Below are positions 37,200 through 49,275 of a DNA stretch of 64,000 nucleotides, piece by piece; position 1 is the stretch's first letter; every line of letters starts with the position of its first letter. The stretch is taken from assembly GCA_965645245.1 (NCBI GenBank), contig OZ287081.1, forward strand, positions 1,860,001 to 1,924,000. Direction: 5' to 3'. A model generated the notes under the pieces. That model saw only the letters and a list, made by a program, of their open reading frames with translations, was not told the DNA's origin and searched no databases. Both the position numbers and the translations under genes were made by a program. The DNA is from Massalongia carnosa (Eukaryota).

Positions 37200-39674
37200 A
37201 CTATCAATAATTTCAACATAATGCTGATTACGCCGATGACCGAGATGGTACCCGAGTCGACGCCAGATAATCCGATACGTTGCAAGCCACATGTCAGATG
37301 ATTGTTGAAGAGGGCTTAGGCGACGGAAAAGAAAATGGAGCTGCTCATCATCTTTGCCAACATAATCCTGTTAAAGCCGATGAGATCGTCTTTGAAAGCG
37401 AGAGCGTTCTGTGCAATAATAAGGAAGGTCAAGTTGAAGAAGCCTGATCCTATCGCACATATGATACGATAGTAGTAATTCGGCTAGGGCGAAAGGTAAT
37501 GCCGGGACCGAGTGGAGGTAGACCGTGGGTAGCCGACGAAGGCCGAAGGTCGAAGGGGGGTGAAGTCCAAACAGTCGGACAGGAAGGAGAGAAAAAGAAT
37601 ATAAGTAGGTGGCCTTTTGGCACTCTTCTCCTCACCATCATCATCATCATTGATTCGGAGTTCAGTGTCACGGATTACAACGCTCTAACCTCAGGCAACA
37701 CATGACGTAGTGCTATTCACCTTATCTAACCGAACACGGATTTAGCACTGCTTGTAGCGACATTATTAACACGCGTGGTATGAGCAGTTCAACGACGGTG
37801 ATGAAAACCTGCATTAGGCTTAGCACGGGTATGAGTGTTTATTAACCGGCGATCTGTACATAGCTTTCTTTCTTCATCTTACTAGTTTTCGTACATAGTC
37901 CCTATTAGATTTCTATCTAGGTCGACGTGCTACACAACTAGTAAGATCACTCTAAATCTTGCTATCCCTTGTGGAGGATATAAAACAATCCACCCAACTG
38001 TATGTCAGTCCGTCAGTCAGTCAGCACCCGAAACACGAACCAGATCCGAAATCCTAGGACTATCCTCAGCATATGATAGTAGATCCGATAACAATCCGAA
38101 AACGAACGAAACTGGACTATACTCAACAGAGCTGAGTAAGGAAGAGCGATAGAAATGGCTAGATCCGCGAACGAAACACCCACCTACTATCAACGGGAGT
38201 CTCTCATCCCGCCCATAGATATCGGTGAAGAAGGCCCCGGGGCTGACTCACCATGGAGGATAGAAACAGTACAACATCTTCGGCACTGGGTGCAGGAGGA
38301 TGCCGAAACAGTCTTGGCTATAATACGAGACATGAAGTCAGACTATGAGGTCGTGGTGGAACATAATAAGCTTGTGCTTAGTTTAGAAGATAGTCAGATC
38401 AAAATCAATCGCCAAGCAGGTATGATTGAATACCAGAAGGAAGAACTTGAAGAGGCTCGGCGGATGGCCGCAGCAGCTACTGCACCTGCAGGGAGTAATG
38501 CACCACCACCATTTCCACCTCCACATGACCTGCAGGGCTCCCCTGCACGATCCAATCAGAGCGAAGAATCTTTATGGAAGTCGATGAAACTTCCCGACCC
38601 ACCGGTTTTTATCGATGGAAAAGAACCGAGTATCGATCATTGGTTGACTAAAATGCGCAGCAAATTAGCAGCTAATGAAGACCATATGCCTACCGAGCTA
38701 TTTAAAAAGGCCTATGTGGAAAACCGAGTCGGCGGAGAGGCTATGGGCCATTTGGAACCTCGTCTCCGAAAAAATGCTATCAAACCTTTTCTTACTGCAG
38801 AGGAAATGTTTGATCATTTGGAACGAATTTATGGAGATCCGAACCGCAAACAGACTGCCATGAACCTATTCCGTTCTCTGCGACAGGGTCAAAAGGACAT
38901 CAATACCTTTTGGGCGGAGTTTCAGCGTTTGGCCGCCGAGTTGGATCACAATGAGTCTACCCTAATCGGTGAGTTGAAACACAAGCTCAACCTAGATATG
39001 CGCCGTCAGCTAGCCACCGGCGATCACGAACCAACCGACCTATATGCGTTCGCTCAGCGTTGCCAGCGCATGTATCAGGCTCTGAAGGATGTGGATACGA
39101 ATTCAACGAACATTAAAGCATTCGCATGATTCAGTTTAAAGATTATTGCTTCGTCTACAAGAAGAGTGATGATGCTTATGATGAGCCACGATAGAAGGTA
39201 CACTGCTCACATGAGTGGGCTAGCCTCTTTCGCTCATTGAATTCATGAGCGAGTCAAATGTCAGCATAGAACAGGAGTTTCTGAGTTGCAGAAGTATATA
39301 TTACATAGTAAGATAGAAAGTGAGCACGTAGATGACTTCGAATGTGCAAAAGACGTAAAAGAACGTATATAAGACATTGCGCTGAGTGAAGATGCGGGCT
39401 GAGAGCATTGATCTTTCGCTCTGTTAGAACTCGATGATAATAATGACTAGCCCTAGCACGCCAAATAGTACCAGCAACGCGATGATGCGCCCGTCTCCCA
39501 CAGATATTGGATTCCTTCCCACTGCAGTGCTAAGAGGATAGAGACAACATACGGCATTAGAACCGCGAGGCCGACGAGGTCGAGCGTCTGCTACAAGTCG
39601 GAGGAGGGGGTAGGGGCCCTACTTTCGCGCTTCGGCAGGGTGACAGAGGAAAGTAAGGCGGCGTAGGTGGGGGC
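37200..39674 (-). pseudogene. DHA2 (14-TM) MFS efflux transporter relic, split by the Gypsy fragment and cut by Copia C
   Basis: 39100-39674: DLVGLAVLMPYVVSILLALQWEG...RIIALLVLFGVLGL...RIFTQRNV. 37200-37475: IICAIGSG...AQNALAFKDDLIG...SSSIFFSVA*ALFNNHL. Multiple stops and frameshifts. Confidence 0.7.
37666..39095 (+). mobile_element. Ty3/Gypsy fragment: 5' LTR (37666-37934) plus truncated gag (from 38155)
   Basis: TGTCAC...GCTACA LTR; gag KLPDPPVFIDGKEPSIDHWLTKMRSKL...LRQGQKDINTFWAEFQRL; no pol. Confidence 0.8.
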
Positions 39675-42600
39675 TGTTGGATGTTAGATGATGAGGCCAC
39701 CATCATCATGGGCATCCATCATGAGCCTCGGGAGGTGCCTTGCAAAGTGCCTAAACAAGCAGAGATGGGAGACAAGGTCTGACCGTCAGGGGGACAAGGT
39801 CTGACCTCCTAGATGTGACTGTTTTGTAACTGCTATATAAAGCAGACAAATAGCCCACATAGATAATTACCTTCAATGACAATCATGCTACTATACCTAC
39901 AAAGTGAATTTATATTTCATAGGTTATGAGCCCGGCTCACTTCTACTACGTTTGAATAAGCCCCTACATTGATTGTCAAACAAACTCACCTCCACCTCTT
40001 CCACCTACCTCATTTTATATTATATATATATTCCTTTTCATATCCCACTTCAAAAATCCAAGCAACCAAAGGGACCCTCTTTTTTTCCCCGCTCAGTAAC
40101 CCCTTCTCCTAAGCACGATGGCCAAAGGGGAGAGTCTATACACATTCCCAAAGCTAGTGGGGAGTGGAAACTATAAGAAATGGTCCAGAGAAATGGCCTT
40201 CGCCCTGCAGGAGGCGGAACTTTGGAACTACGTGACTGGTGCTCGGAAAATGCCTCGAGAAATTCCCCCTCCACCTCAAAAAGCTGATGAGACACCCCCG
40301 GAGGAAACAGAGGAACAGCTAGAAAAGCGGGACAAACGGGACCTTGAACGCCTAGAGTTCTCGGAGAAACAAAGGAGAGTAGTTGGTAAAATAGGCAAGA
40401 TGTGCACAGATGACGTGCAACAGGAATTCTTGTCGATGAGAGACCTAGCCAGTGGGGGCATCTGGGACCCGAAGGACCTTTGGGAACACCTGAAAACCCG
40501 ATACACCCTCAGAAATTGGAGTGCGAAATGGAGCACATTCAACCGGCTGGAGGAGATAAACTATGAAAAATGCAAGACCATCGAGGAGTATGGTAGCCTA
40601 GTCAGGGATATCAAGGCCGAAATCACCGACATGGCCCTGACCGTTGAGCACATTGTAGTGCTCAAACTCCTCAATGGACTCGGCAGTTCATTCAACACCT
40701 ACCTGACCATCCTGAACGAACAAGCTCGGCGGGAGGACAAATTCCCGGCGTTGGATGACTTACTAAAAAACCTGGAGGACGAGGAGGCTCGTATGCGCCA
40801 GGACCCTGTCGCCGTAGCTAACATGCTGAAGGCAAAGGGGAAGAAGAACCCCACCGAACAGGGTAAGACCAAATGCAAATGCTGTGGTTATAATCACTCC
40901 GGAAAATGCAGGCATAGCAACGCTACATGTAGGAAGTGTAGTAAGATTGGCCATCTGGAACGCGTTTGTGAAAGCAAAGAAGGTAATGAAACCTCAAACC
41001 CCCAAATAGTTTGTACAATAAGGGAATGTTCCGGGAAAAGAACCCAGGAAACACCGCTTATTTGTATGGCAAATTTGTACCGAGGTCCCAAGAATGCCCA
41101 CGATCTATTGATCGACTCCGGTGCCACCGCGCACATTATATGCAATAAAGATCTCTTTCAAGAAGGGACCTTTCGGAGCGAAAATAGCTGTTTAGAAACA
41201 GGTTCCGGAGAGGTGTTATCGACAGAGGGGAAAGGCTCTCTACTCGTATCACTGGACAATGGAAATGGAGGTGTAACGGACCTCATTTTGACCAACGTCC
41301 TTTTCGCCCCCGACCTAAAATTCAACCTCATCAGCACAATACAACTCGGCAAAAAGGGCATATCAACGTACCTGATGGCGGATGACAAGCCCGCTCAACT
41401 GGTGCATAAAGGAAAGGTGGTTGGACTGGCCAAAACAATAAATAATCAGTATGTTTTGCAGACAACCACTATTAGCCCTACCGAAGCACGGGCCCTCACC
41501 ACCACAAACGGTACAAAGGCCCCTATCCAAACATGGCACGAACGACTCGGCCATCTCAGCTACCCAAACCTCCTAAAATTAAATCATTTAGCCAATGGAG
41601 TCACCATCGAAGGACCCATACCAGAAGAAGTATGCGGCTCATGCATGATGGGAAGACAATAGCGGAAAATAAATCGCACTCCACGAACCCGAGCAACAGA
41701 ATTTCTCGGAATAGTGCATAGCGACTTAGGGGGACCATTTCCACTGACAAGGTTCGGTGAACGTTTTTATGCTACGATGAAAGACGACTTCTCCGGGGTA
41801 GTGTGGATCTACCTGCTGAAAACAAAGGGTCAAACCTTCGAATGTTTTAAGCAGTTCAAGACATGGATAGAAAATCAATCGGGAAAGAAAATAAAGAGAC
41901 TCCGAGCTGATGGAGGAGGGGAGTACACCAGTGGTGACTTCCAGGAATTCCTAAAGAGTGAAGGCATCCAATGGGAGGCCCGGGCACCAAATGTGCCAGA
42001 ACAGAATGGGAAGGCCGAAAGGCAAAATTATACCCTCATGGTCCCCACTCGGTCCATGATGAAGGCTAAAAAGCTCCCAAAGTCCCTTTGGGGGGAGGTC
42101 CTGAAGACGGCCGGGTACATCAAGAATAGAAGTCCCGGGGTTGACGAGGTCACTCCATATGAACGCATGAATAATGCGAAACCCTTCCTCGGCCACATGA
42201 GAACGGTCGGGGCTAGGACGTGGGTACATATCCCAAAAGAGAAGCGCAAGAAGCTGGACGATAGGTCCTGGCAGGGGATATTTGTTGGGTATGAAGGAAA
42301 CAATCAGTATCGAATTTACGATCCTCTCATTGGAAAAGTCCATGTTTGTCGCGATATCACCGTCGACGAAAGCAATATATATGATTCCAAGGACAAAAAG
42401 GCCTGGGACCTAGCCGACATTCCATGGGAGGGAGACGATGATGCTTTGTTTGATGACCCAGATGATTTTGTTGATGAAAACAAAAGTCATAATCAGCCAT
42501 CTTCGTTGTCTCCGAAAACTCCGAGCTCTGAAATATCGAGAAGTTCGGAAGTTCAAAATGAAACGGCCCCACCAACACCACGGATAGTGCTACATCTAAT

Positions 42601-43321
42601 GGGAGTAAATGCTTCGGGGGGAGGCCGAGAAGAGGAGAATGGGGGGGAGAGTGACTCCGATGAAGTGGAGGACATTCCTCGCCAGCCCATCGAACCTCGA
42701 AGATCTGGACGAATAAGGGTCCCCAGTCAAAGAACACTGGAGAACATTCGTCCCAGCATCAACACCGTATTCAGTTCAAACCAGGTCCCGAAATCCCATG
42801 AGCACATGGTGCGGGTGCTAGCAACCCTGGCAGGAGGCGAGGACAATGAGGGCCTCGATGATCCTTTGACACTGAAAGAGGCTATGTCCTCACCACACTG
42901 GGATCAATGGAGAAAGGCCATGGAGACCGAGTATCAATCGCTAGTGGAGAATGAAACTTGGACACTAGAAAGGGCACCGACTGATCGAAAGGTGATCACC
43001 GGTCGCTGGGTGTTCAAAATAAAGAAAGACGGAGATGGGAAAGTACTGAAGTACAAAGCGAGATGGGTAGTTCATGGCTATAAACAAAAGGAAGGCCTGG
43101 ACTACCTCGACACCTTTGCCACAGTGGTAAAACCAGTCTCTTATAAGGCATTGATGGGAATCAGTGTAAAGAAGGGACTGTCCATTCATCACATGGATGT
43201 GGTGACTGCTTTCCTGTATGGCTTCCTAGATGAAAGCCATATATGTCATACAACCCACCTTGTTCGAAAAAGGGGAGAACAAGGTCTGCTTACTACGAAA
43301 GGCCCTATATGGCCTAAAACA
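39675..43321 (+). mobile_element. Ty1/Copia retrotransposon C, 3'-truncated within RT
   Basis: LTR 39675-39921; PBS at 39922; gag-pol from 40118 (CRKCSKIGHLERVC, LLIDSGATAH, HSDLGGP, RADGGGEY); TAG at 41660; frameshift near 43240; cut by the Copia D LTR. Confidence 0.92.
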
Positions 43322-43758
43322 TATCAAAAGGTAGTATAGTAGATAGAGGATAGAACGCTTGCTGTTGTTCTATATAGTGGGAATAGCTAGATTTATAGAC
43401 AATGTACGGTATGCTAGTATTAGACTAGCGATACGTCTAGCCATTAGCGTGCGCCATACTCGTGCGGTAGAAGGTGAGTGCGGCTGAAATGAAGTAACCT
43501 GATTTGTACATTCTAACACTCCCACTCAGGCACTGAAATAGCACTCCCACATGATAAAGAGAAATTCAATAACTCCCACATACTCCAGTATAATATCATG
43601 CTTCCCAGTGGATCACCTGCAGGTGAGTCAGTGTACTCCGCAGGCTAATGCTGCTGGCGATGTACGAAAACACCCCCACAGGCTCAGCTGTGGGTGATAC
43701 TTTTTTTTTTTTTTTTTTTGGGTTAAGGTCGAATTTTTTACGACAAAGGGCTTCTGGT

Positions 43759-46700
43759 TTATTCTAAGCCTAAAGCTTTTCGAAAGACAACAAATTTGTC
43801 CTTTGGTAGGGCCTTGGTTAGGCCGTCAGCTACCTGTTCTTCGGTAGGAACATAGCGAAATTCCACTGATTTGTCTTCGATCTTCTCTCTTTGGTAGTGC
43901 CATTGGATGTCAATATGCTTGCTCCGCGCGTGTGCCTGGGGATTTTTGGCCAAAGCTATTGCTCCTTGATTGTCGCAGTGAATGATGATAGCATTTAGGG
44001 CGAAAGATGTAGGCAAGCAGGCAAGGGCTACAGAGGTGCTCTGGGTTTGGAGAGAGTGTATCCCAGGGACTTGAGGTGCTGAAAGTTGGTCGAGAAGACT
44101 AGACAGCCAGACGGCTTCCTTGGTGGCTTGAGTCTGACCCATGTACTCGGCTTCGCATGAAGATAGGGCTACGGTCGGTTGTCGTTTGGAAGACCAGCTA
44201 ATAGCGCCACTACCCACATTAAACACGAAGCCTGAGGTAGACCTTCGGGTATGATGATCTCCGGCCCAATCCGCGTCAGTGTAACCGTTCAAGGGTTGTA
44301 AGTGACCTTTGTATGTTAACTGCAACGGTAGAGTGCCCTTGATGTATCGAAAGATGCGTTTGACTGCCTTCCAGTGCGTATCGGTCGGGTTCGAGGCATA
44401 GCGGCTGACCACCGATACGGCGTAGGCTAAGTCAGGCCTAGTGCCTAGCATAGCATACATGAGAGAGCCCACCGCTGATTGGTAGCGGAGGCGAGAGTCA
44501 TCTGTGGCCTGATGGCCCTCTGGTGCAGCCTCCAGTCGCCCATCCATCGGGGTAGCCACGGGGTTAGTGTCCCACATGCCATGGTCGCGTAGTACTTTTT
44601 CCAGATAGGCCTGCTGACCAAGGCGAAGAATCCTATTAGCCCGATCCCGAGTTATCGTCATGCCCAGGTAGTAATTGATAGGGCCTAAATCAACCATCGA
44701 GAACTCGTCACTCAGCAGTTTCTTGACACGTTGTATCTCGGAAGAAGAAGAGCCAGTGATGATTAAATCATCGACGTAAATGGCTACGATAACCCCTTCT
44801 TTAACGAAAACGCTAAGGTCGGCGTTGACTGGAACGAATTCATGAGACTTGAAAAAAGTAGTGATCGTTTCATACCAGATTCTAGACGACTGTTTCAGGC
44901 CATAAAGAGCTTTCTTCAACTTGCAAACTCTCGTTGACCCGTCATCCAGACCGGTTGGTTGCTCCACGTAGATTTCCTCGTCCACCCTTCCGTACAAGAA
45001 GGCTGTTTTTACGTCCATTTGGTGGATTTCCCAATCATTGGCTGCAGCGATAGCGAAGATGGCTTTATAGCTCATTGGCTTCACTACTGAAGCAAAAGTC
45101 TCATTGTAGTCAATGCCTTCACGTTGCTCAAAGCCTCTGACTACCCATCGAGCCTTGTAACGAAGAATCTCGCCAGCCGGGCCTCGTTTGATTTTATAAA
45201 CCCATTTGCCTCGCAGGGCTTTGCGGTCCGGGGGCAGGGAGGTGAGGATCCAGGTATCATTTTCGTTGATAGAGTCAATTTCTTCCTGCATTGCCCTTCG
45301 CCAATCCTTTTCCTCCCGACTATCTACGGCCTGTTTATAGGTTTTAGGCTCGTATGGCTCCGGGTCATTGGCTCGAGCAAGAAGAGCCAAAAGAGCAAGC
45401 GGGTCAGGCGAGGGGGCGCGAAGTTTTGGATGCTTAGAGAGAATATCTGCCTGGGACCAAGGCTCAATGGGCAGTTGGTTTGCCAATGCCTCTTTTCCAG
45501 CGTTTGATGGGAGAGGTCCAGTGGGAATTGATTCTATGGATTCATGAGCGTCGACTAAGTCCGTATGAGGGGAGTCCGTATGATGGGTAATTTTTTGCTT
45601 TCTTGTGGGCGGTCCTGACTGTCCAACATGTAGGGCTCTTTTAGTTTGAGAGAATGATAAGGAAGGAGGAGTTGGGGGGTTGTTATCTATCCACTGAACA
45701 TTGGAATAACGCATGACCGCGCCCCGTGGATTTATCATTCGATAGATGTGATCGCCTTCGTATCCTACTAAAGTACATTTGGTGGCTCGTTCCTGAAATT
45801 TCTTCCATCCGGTGGAGGGCTTGCGATTTTGCGCATAGCCAGTCTGTCCTATTATCCTTAGATGTCCTAGTTCTGGTGGGCTGCCGGTGTGAGACTCGTA
45901 GGGGGTGATGGAGCGTCCCGCAGTTGGTTGTCGATTTCTTAGGTAGTTGGCAGTGAGAACCATCTCAGCCCAATATTTGATGTCTAGTTTAGCGCCTTCT
46001 CGCATGGTGCTGGCTAACTTGTGAAGCGTTTGACCTAGGCGCTCGGCTGTCCCGTTCATGGGTGGATTTCCCGGTACGGTAGGTTCCCACTGAATGCCAT
46101 GCTCGTTTCTGAAATTCTCGAAGTCCTTGGAGTCATACTCACCCCCACAGTCCGATCGCAAGCGCTTAATTCGTTTGTCCCCATATTCATTTTGCTTCTT
46201 GTAGTTTTTAAAAGCTTGAAGGACTCCGCTTTTGACGCGCAGTAAGGTGACGTGGGACCGTTTATCGAAATCGCAAAGAAAGGTTACCATATATTTGGCG
46301 CCGTTCAAAGCTTCTGGGAAAGGTCCTTGGACATCACTGTGAATTAAGTCCAGCGGGTGCTTGCCTGGTTGGATGGGGGCCCGGTGTGGTTCTACTTGGG
46401 ACTGAGCGATGGCGCACGGAGGACAGGCGTCTTGGGGCGGGGGCTTGGTGAGGTCCATTCCTTTTGACATGCCAGCGAGCTTGAGAATGTTTTGATTTCC
46501 AAGATGGCCTAAACGAGCGTGCCACATTTTTATCGCCTCGCTATTAATTGCAGCAAGAGCGAGAGCGGCTTCAGAGACGTTCCACATATTCAGGATATAC
46601 AGATTGTTGTCCTGGCGGCGAGCGATAATACCATAGTTCCCGATTTCAATTCCCTCTGGTACAATCTTCAGGGGACATCCATCTCGTTGTAATTGTCCTT

Positions 46701-47883
46701 GGGAGATGAGATTTAGGCCTCCGTCCGGAACGTATAACACATCGAAAAGAGGGAACTCCCGAAGACCCTCGTTACCGGCACACCGCAACATGACGTTACC
46801 TATTCCTTTGGGAATTAATACTCCTCCAATACCTTGAATTGGAGGGCAATCGGATGTCTTGAATGAGGTGAAGATGGAGCGATCGTGGGTAATATGTTGG
46901 CTAGTTCCAGAGTCACAGATCCAGAGCTTAGATATTTTGGTTATATCTGCGGTGGCCATGTAGGCGCAGAAGGCTCCTTTGGTTGAGTCATTGTTTCCGG
47001 TTGGCTTTTGGCTTTGACCTTGACTTTTGGAATTCCTACGACGCTTATTGGACTTACGCTGTGAGTCTTGGTTAACGAGGTGTGGATATTTTTCACGACA
47101 CTCGCTCTCTACGTGATAGTCTTTTCGGCAGTGGTTGCAGAACTTGATGGTCTTGGTGATGATTCGAGAATGGGCTGTTCCGGGTTGAGCTCCTGCTTGG
47201 GTTTGAGCGTTTGAAACAGCTGCCATTGCGATTACGGCCTTATCGCTGGACTTGCTTGGGTTGGTCACCGTGTTTTGGAAATGCTGCATAGCCTGACTTA
47301 ACGTGTGCTTGGGTTCACCCATTTCATTGAAAGGATCATGATCCTGAGCGTATCGTTCGAAATAGCTGTTGTATTCGAAGCCTAAATTGGTATGGAAGCG
47401 ATAGATAAGCCAGTTTTCGTCCAGGCTTAGCTTGCTTGAGAAGGTGCGAAGCTTATTCACCGTGGCGCGAAATTGGGTAACGTAGTCTGCAGGGCTGCTG
47501 CAATCCGATAGGATAAGGTTGTCTAATTTTCTAAAGGTGTCATTGAGGAATCCCGAACCGCGAGGCTTATAGTTTGACTCAAGCAGGTCCCAGGCGACGG
47601 AAGCAGTAGTATGGTCTTCTATATCGGTGTAGGCATTTCCTTCACAAGCTAATCGTAGAGCAGTGCAGGCCTTATCTTGGCCCTTTTTCCATTTGTTGAA
47701 GCCATCATTGGGAGCGTTTGGGCGTGGTGCAGCTTCGGTGTTATCACAATAGATCCAAAGATCTATCATTTTGAGGCAATCTCGCATGGCTCGCTTCCAT
47801 GCTGGATAACCCTCGTGGTCCACTAGCTTAGGGATCCTATCAATAGCGCTATAGGACCCCGATCCAGAGATTTTTTCACTCAT
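43759..47883 (-). CDS. Intact Copia gag-pol polyprotein (1374 aa)
   Basis: CNHCRKDYHVESEC; WICDSGTSQH; WHARLGH; HSDVQGP...LRSDCGGEY; IYVDDL; YTDADWAG...VADGLTK. Confidence 0.96.
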   Translation of the reverse strand: MSEKISGSGSYSAIDRIPKLVDHEGYPAWKRAMRDCLKMIDLWIYCDNTEAAPRPNAPNDGFNKWKKGQDKACTALRLACEGNAYTDIEDHTTASVAWDLLESNYKPRGSGFLNDTFRKLDNLILSDCSSPADYVTQFRATVNKLRTFSSKLSLDENWLIYRFHTNLGFEYNSYFERYAQDHDPFNEMGEPKHTLSQAMQHFQNTVTNPSKSSDKAVIAMAAVSNAQTQAGAQPGTAHSRIITKTIKFCNHCRKDYHVESECREKYPHLVNQDSQRKSNKRRRNSKSQGQSQKPTGNNDSTKGAFCAYMATADITKISKLWICDSGTSQHITHDRSIFTSFKTSDCPPIQGIGGVLIPKGIGNVMLRCAGNEGLREFPLFDVLYVPDGGLNLISQGQLQRDGCPLKIVPEGIEIGNYGIIARRQDNNLYILNMWNVSEAALALAAINSEAIKMWHARLGHLGNQNILKLAGMSKGMDLTKPPPQDACPPCAIAQSQVEPHRAPIQPGKHPLDLIHSDVQGPFPEALNGAKYMVTFLCDFDKRSHVTLLRVKSGVLQAFKNYKKQNEYGDKRIKRLRSDCGGEYDSKDFENFRNEHGIQWEPTVPGNPPMNGTAERLGQTLHKLASTMREGAKLDIKYWAEMVLTANYLRNRQPTAGRSITPYESHTGSPPELGHLRIIGQTGYAQNRKPSTGWKKFQERATKCTLVGYEGDHIYRMINPRGAVMRYSNVQWIDNNPPTPPSLSFSQTKRALHVGQSGPPTRKQKITHHTDSPHTDLVDAHESIESIPTGPLPSNAGKEALANQLPIEPWSQADILSKHPKLRAPSPDPLALLALLARANDPEPYEPKTYKQAVDSREEKDWRRAMQEEIDSINENDTWILTSLPPDRKALRGKWVYKIKRGPAGEILRYKARWVVRGFEQREGIDYNETFASVVKPMSYKAIFAIAAANDWEIHQMDVKTAFLYGRVDEEIYVEQPTGLDDGSTRVCKLKKALYGLKQSSRIWYETITTFFKSHEFVPVNADLSVFVKEGVIVAIYVDDLIITGSSSSEIQRVKKLLSDEFSMVDLGPINYYLGMTITRDRANRILRLGQQAYLEKVLRDHGMWDTNPVATPMDGRLEAAPEGHQATDDSRLRYQSAVGSLMYAMLGTRPDLAYAVSVVSRYASNPTDTHWKAVKRIFRYIKGTLPLQLTYKGHLQPLNGYTDADWAGDHHTRRSTSGFVFNVGSGAISWSSKRQPTVALSSCEAEYMGQTQATKEAVWLSSLLDQLSAPQVPGIHSLQTQSTSVALACLPTSFALNAIIIHCDNQGAIALAKNPQAHARSKHIDIQWHYQREKIEDKSVEFRYVPTEEQVADGLTKALPKDKFVVFRKALGLE

Positions 47884-48487
47884 GATGGAAAGGGTTTATT
47901 GGAAGAGCTTAATGGATTGTCCTTGTTAACGGACTGGCTTGAACTGGTGTTTGGTTTTACCGGATTCCGACGGAGTGCTATTATAAGTGCTTGGTGACTT
48001 GGTTCTGGCTCTTAGATCGAAAGGATCACAGTCGCTGGGCGGTTCTAGGTCCGATTTTGATGTGGACTGACCGGGAGTGACTGGAGGCTCAGGGATGATG
48101 GTACAAAGCAATCCAATTTTGATTGATCTGAGTTATCCTCTAAGAGAAAGCAACGATTTCCGCACTAGCCGCCTGTAATGTATGTTGTGAATCCCGTTCA
48201 AGCCTTGTTGCCGGCCTATTATTTGGTTGAGGCTCTGAGAGTCATTGGATCTCGGCAAGAGTGCCACGTAGGAATGGGGCAGTGATTGATATAATAGATC
48301 TAAACGCAGAAGCAGATGCAGGTGCAAAGATAGATTTGAGGCGTTTAGTTGTGCCTTTGGGGTTGATAAATCGAGAGCGTTTTTTGTTGCTCGAAGCCAT
48401 AATCCTGCAGTCTTATAACTGATACGCAGATGCTGACTATGAATAGAGGGCAAAATCGATTACAGGGAGATTTGGTTTCATCCCAAT

Positions 48488-48811
48488 GGATGTCACATTC
48501 CCGGTTTTTTGTTGGGAACGTAGATCATCCGAGACATCTGGATGTCACATTCCCGGTTTTTTGTTGGGAATGTAGATCATCCGAGACATCGAAGTGAATG
48601 TCACATTTCCGGTTTTTTATTGGAAATGTAGATCATCCGAGACACCTGGATGTCACATTTCCGATTTTTTGTTGGGAATGTAGATCATCCGAGACATCAA
48701 AGTGAAGTGGATGTCACATTCCCGGTTTTTTATTGGGAACGTAGATCATCCGAGACATCTGGATGTCACATTCCCGGTTTTTTGTGGGGAATGTAGATCA
48801 TCCGAGACATC
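48488..48811. repeat. ~52-bp tandem array (6 units as 3 dimers) in the Copia D leader
   Basis: ggatgtcacattcccggttttttgttgggaa(c/t)gtagatcatccgagacatc repeated six times. Confidence 0.9.
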
Positions 48812-49275
48812 GAAACGAAGTGCAAGGAGGTGCCTGTTAAAATATTTGTTAGCGTTCGTTTAGTAAGGGGCAAAGAAGAAGCCGGGCGCCCGATAGTAGT
48901 GCTTAGCCATCTCAAACACTGCCGACTGTTTCATATGTGTCGATTTGTGTCGGATTTTTCTGTAGGAGATTATTCGCGACGGTAATTGTTTGCGACGGTA
49001 AGGAGGCTTGTGTTAGGGTAGGTAAAGTAAGACAAGCAAACACATGTAAAGAGGCGCCCTGCGGCCGGGCTCATAACCTATCAAAAGGTAGTATAGTAGA
49101 TAGAGGATAGAACGCTTGCTGTTGTTCCATATAGTGGGAATAGCTAGATTTATAGACAATGTACGGTATGCTAGTATTAGACTAGCGATACGTCTAGCCA
49201 TTAGCGTGCGCCATACTCGTGCGGTAGAAGGTGAGTGCGGCTGAAATGAAGTAACCTGATTTGTACATTCTAATA

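Larger units (their letters stand above)
43322..49275 (-). mobile_element. Full-length Ty1/Copia retrotransposon D
   Basis: 197-bp LTRs 43322-43518 and 49079-49275 (two visible C/T mismatches); PBS at 49067-49078; PPT gagtgggag; flanks do not form a TSD. Confidence 0.95.

Noticed and set aside
39655..39674. Polypurine-tract-like ggtgggggc before the Copia C LTR, suggesting a tandem element
   Set aside because: The upstream sequence translates as the MFS relic on the minus strand, not as Copia RNase H.
43701..43719. T19 tract as a retrocopy tail or terminator
   Set aside because: It lies inside the Copia D 3' UTR with no flanking TSD; treated as a simple homopolymer.
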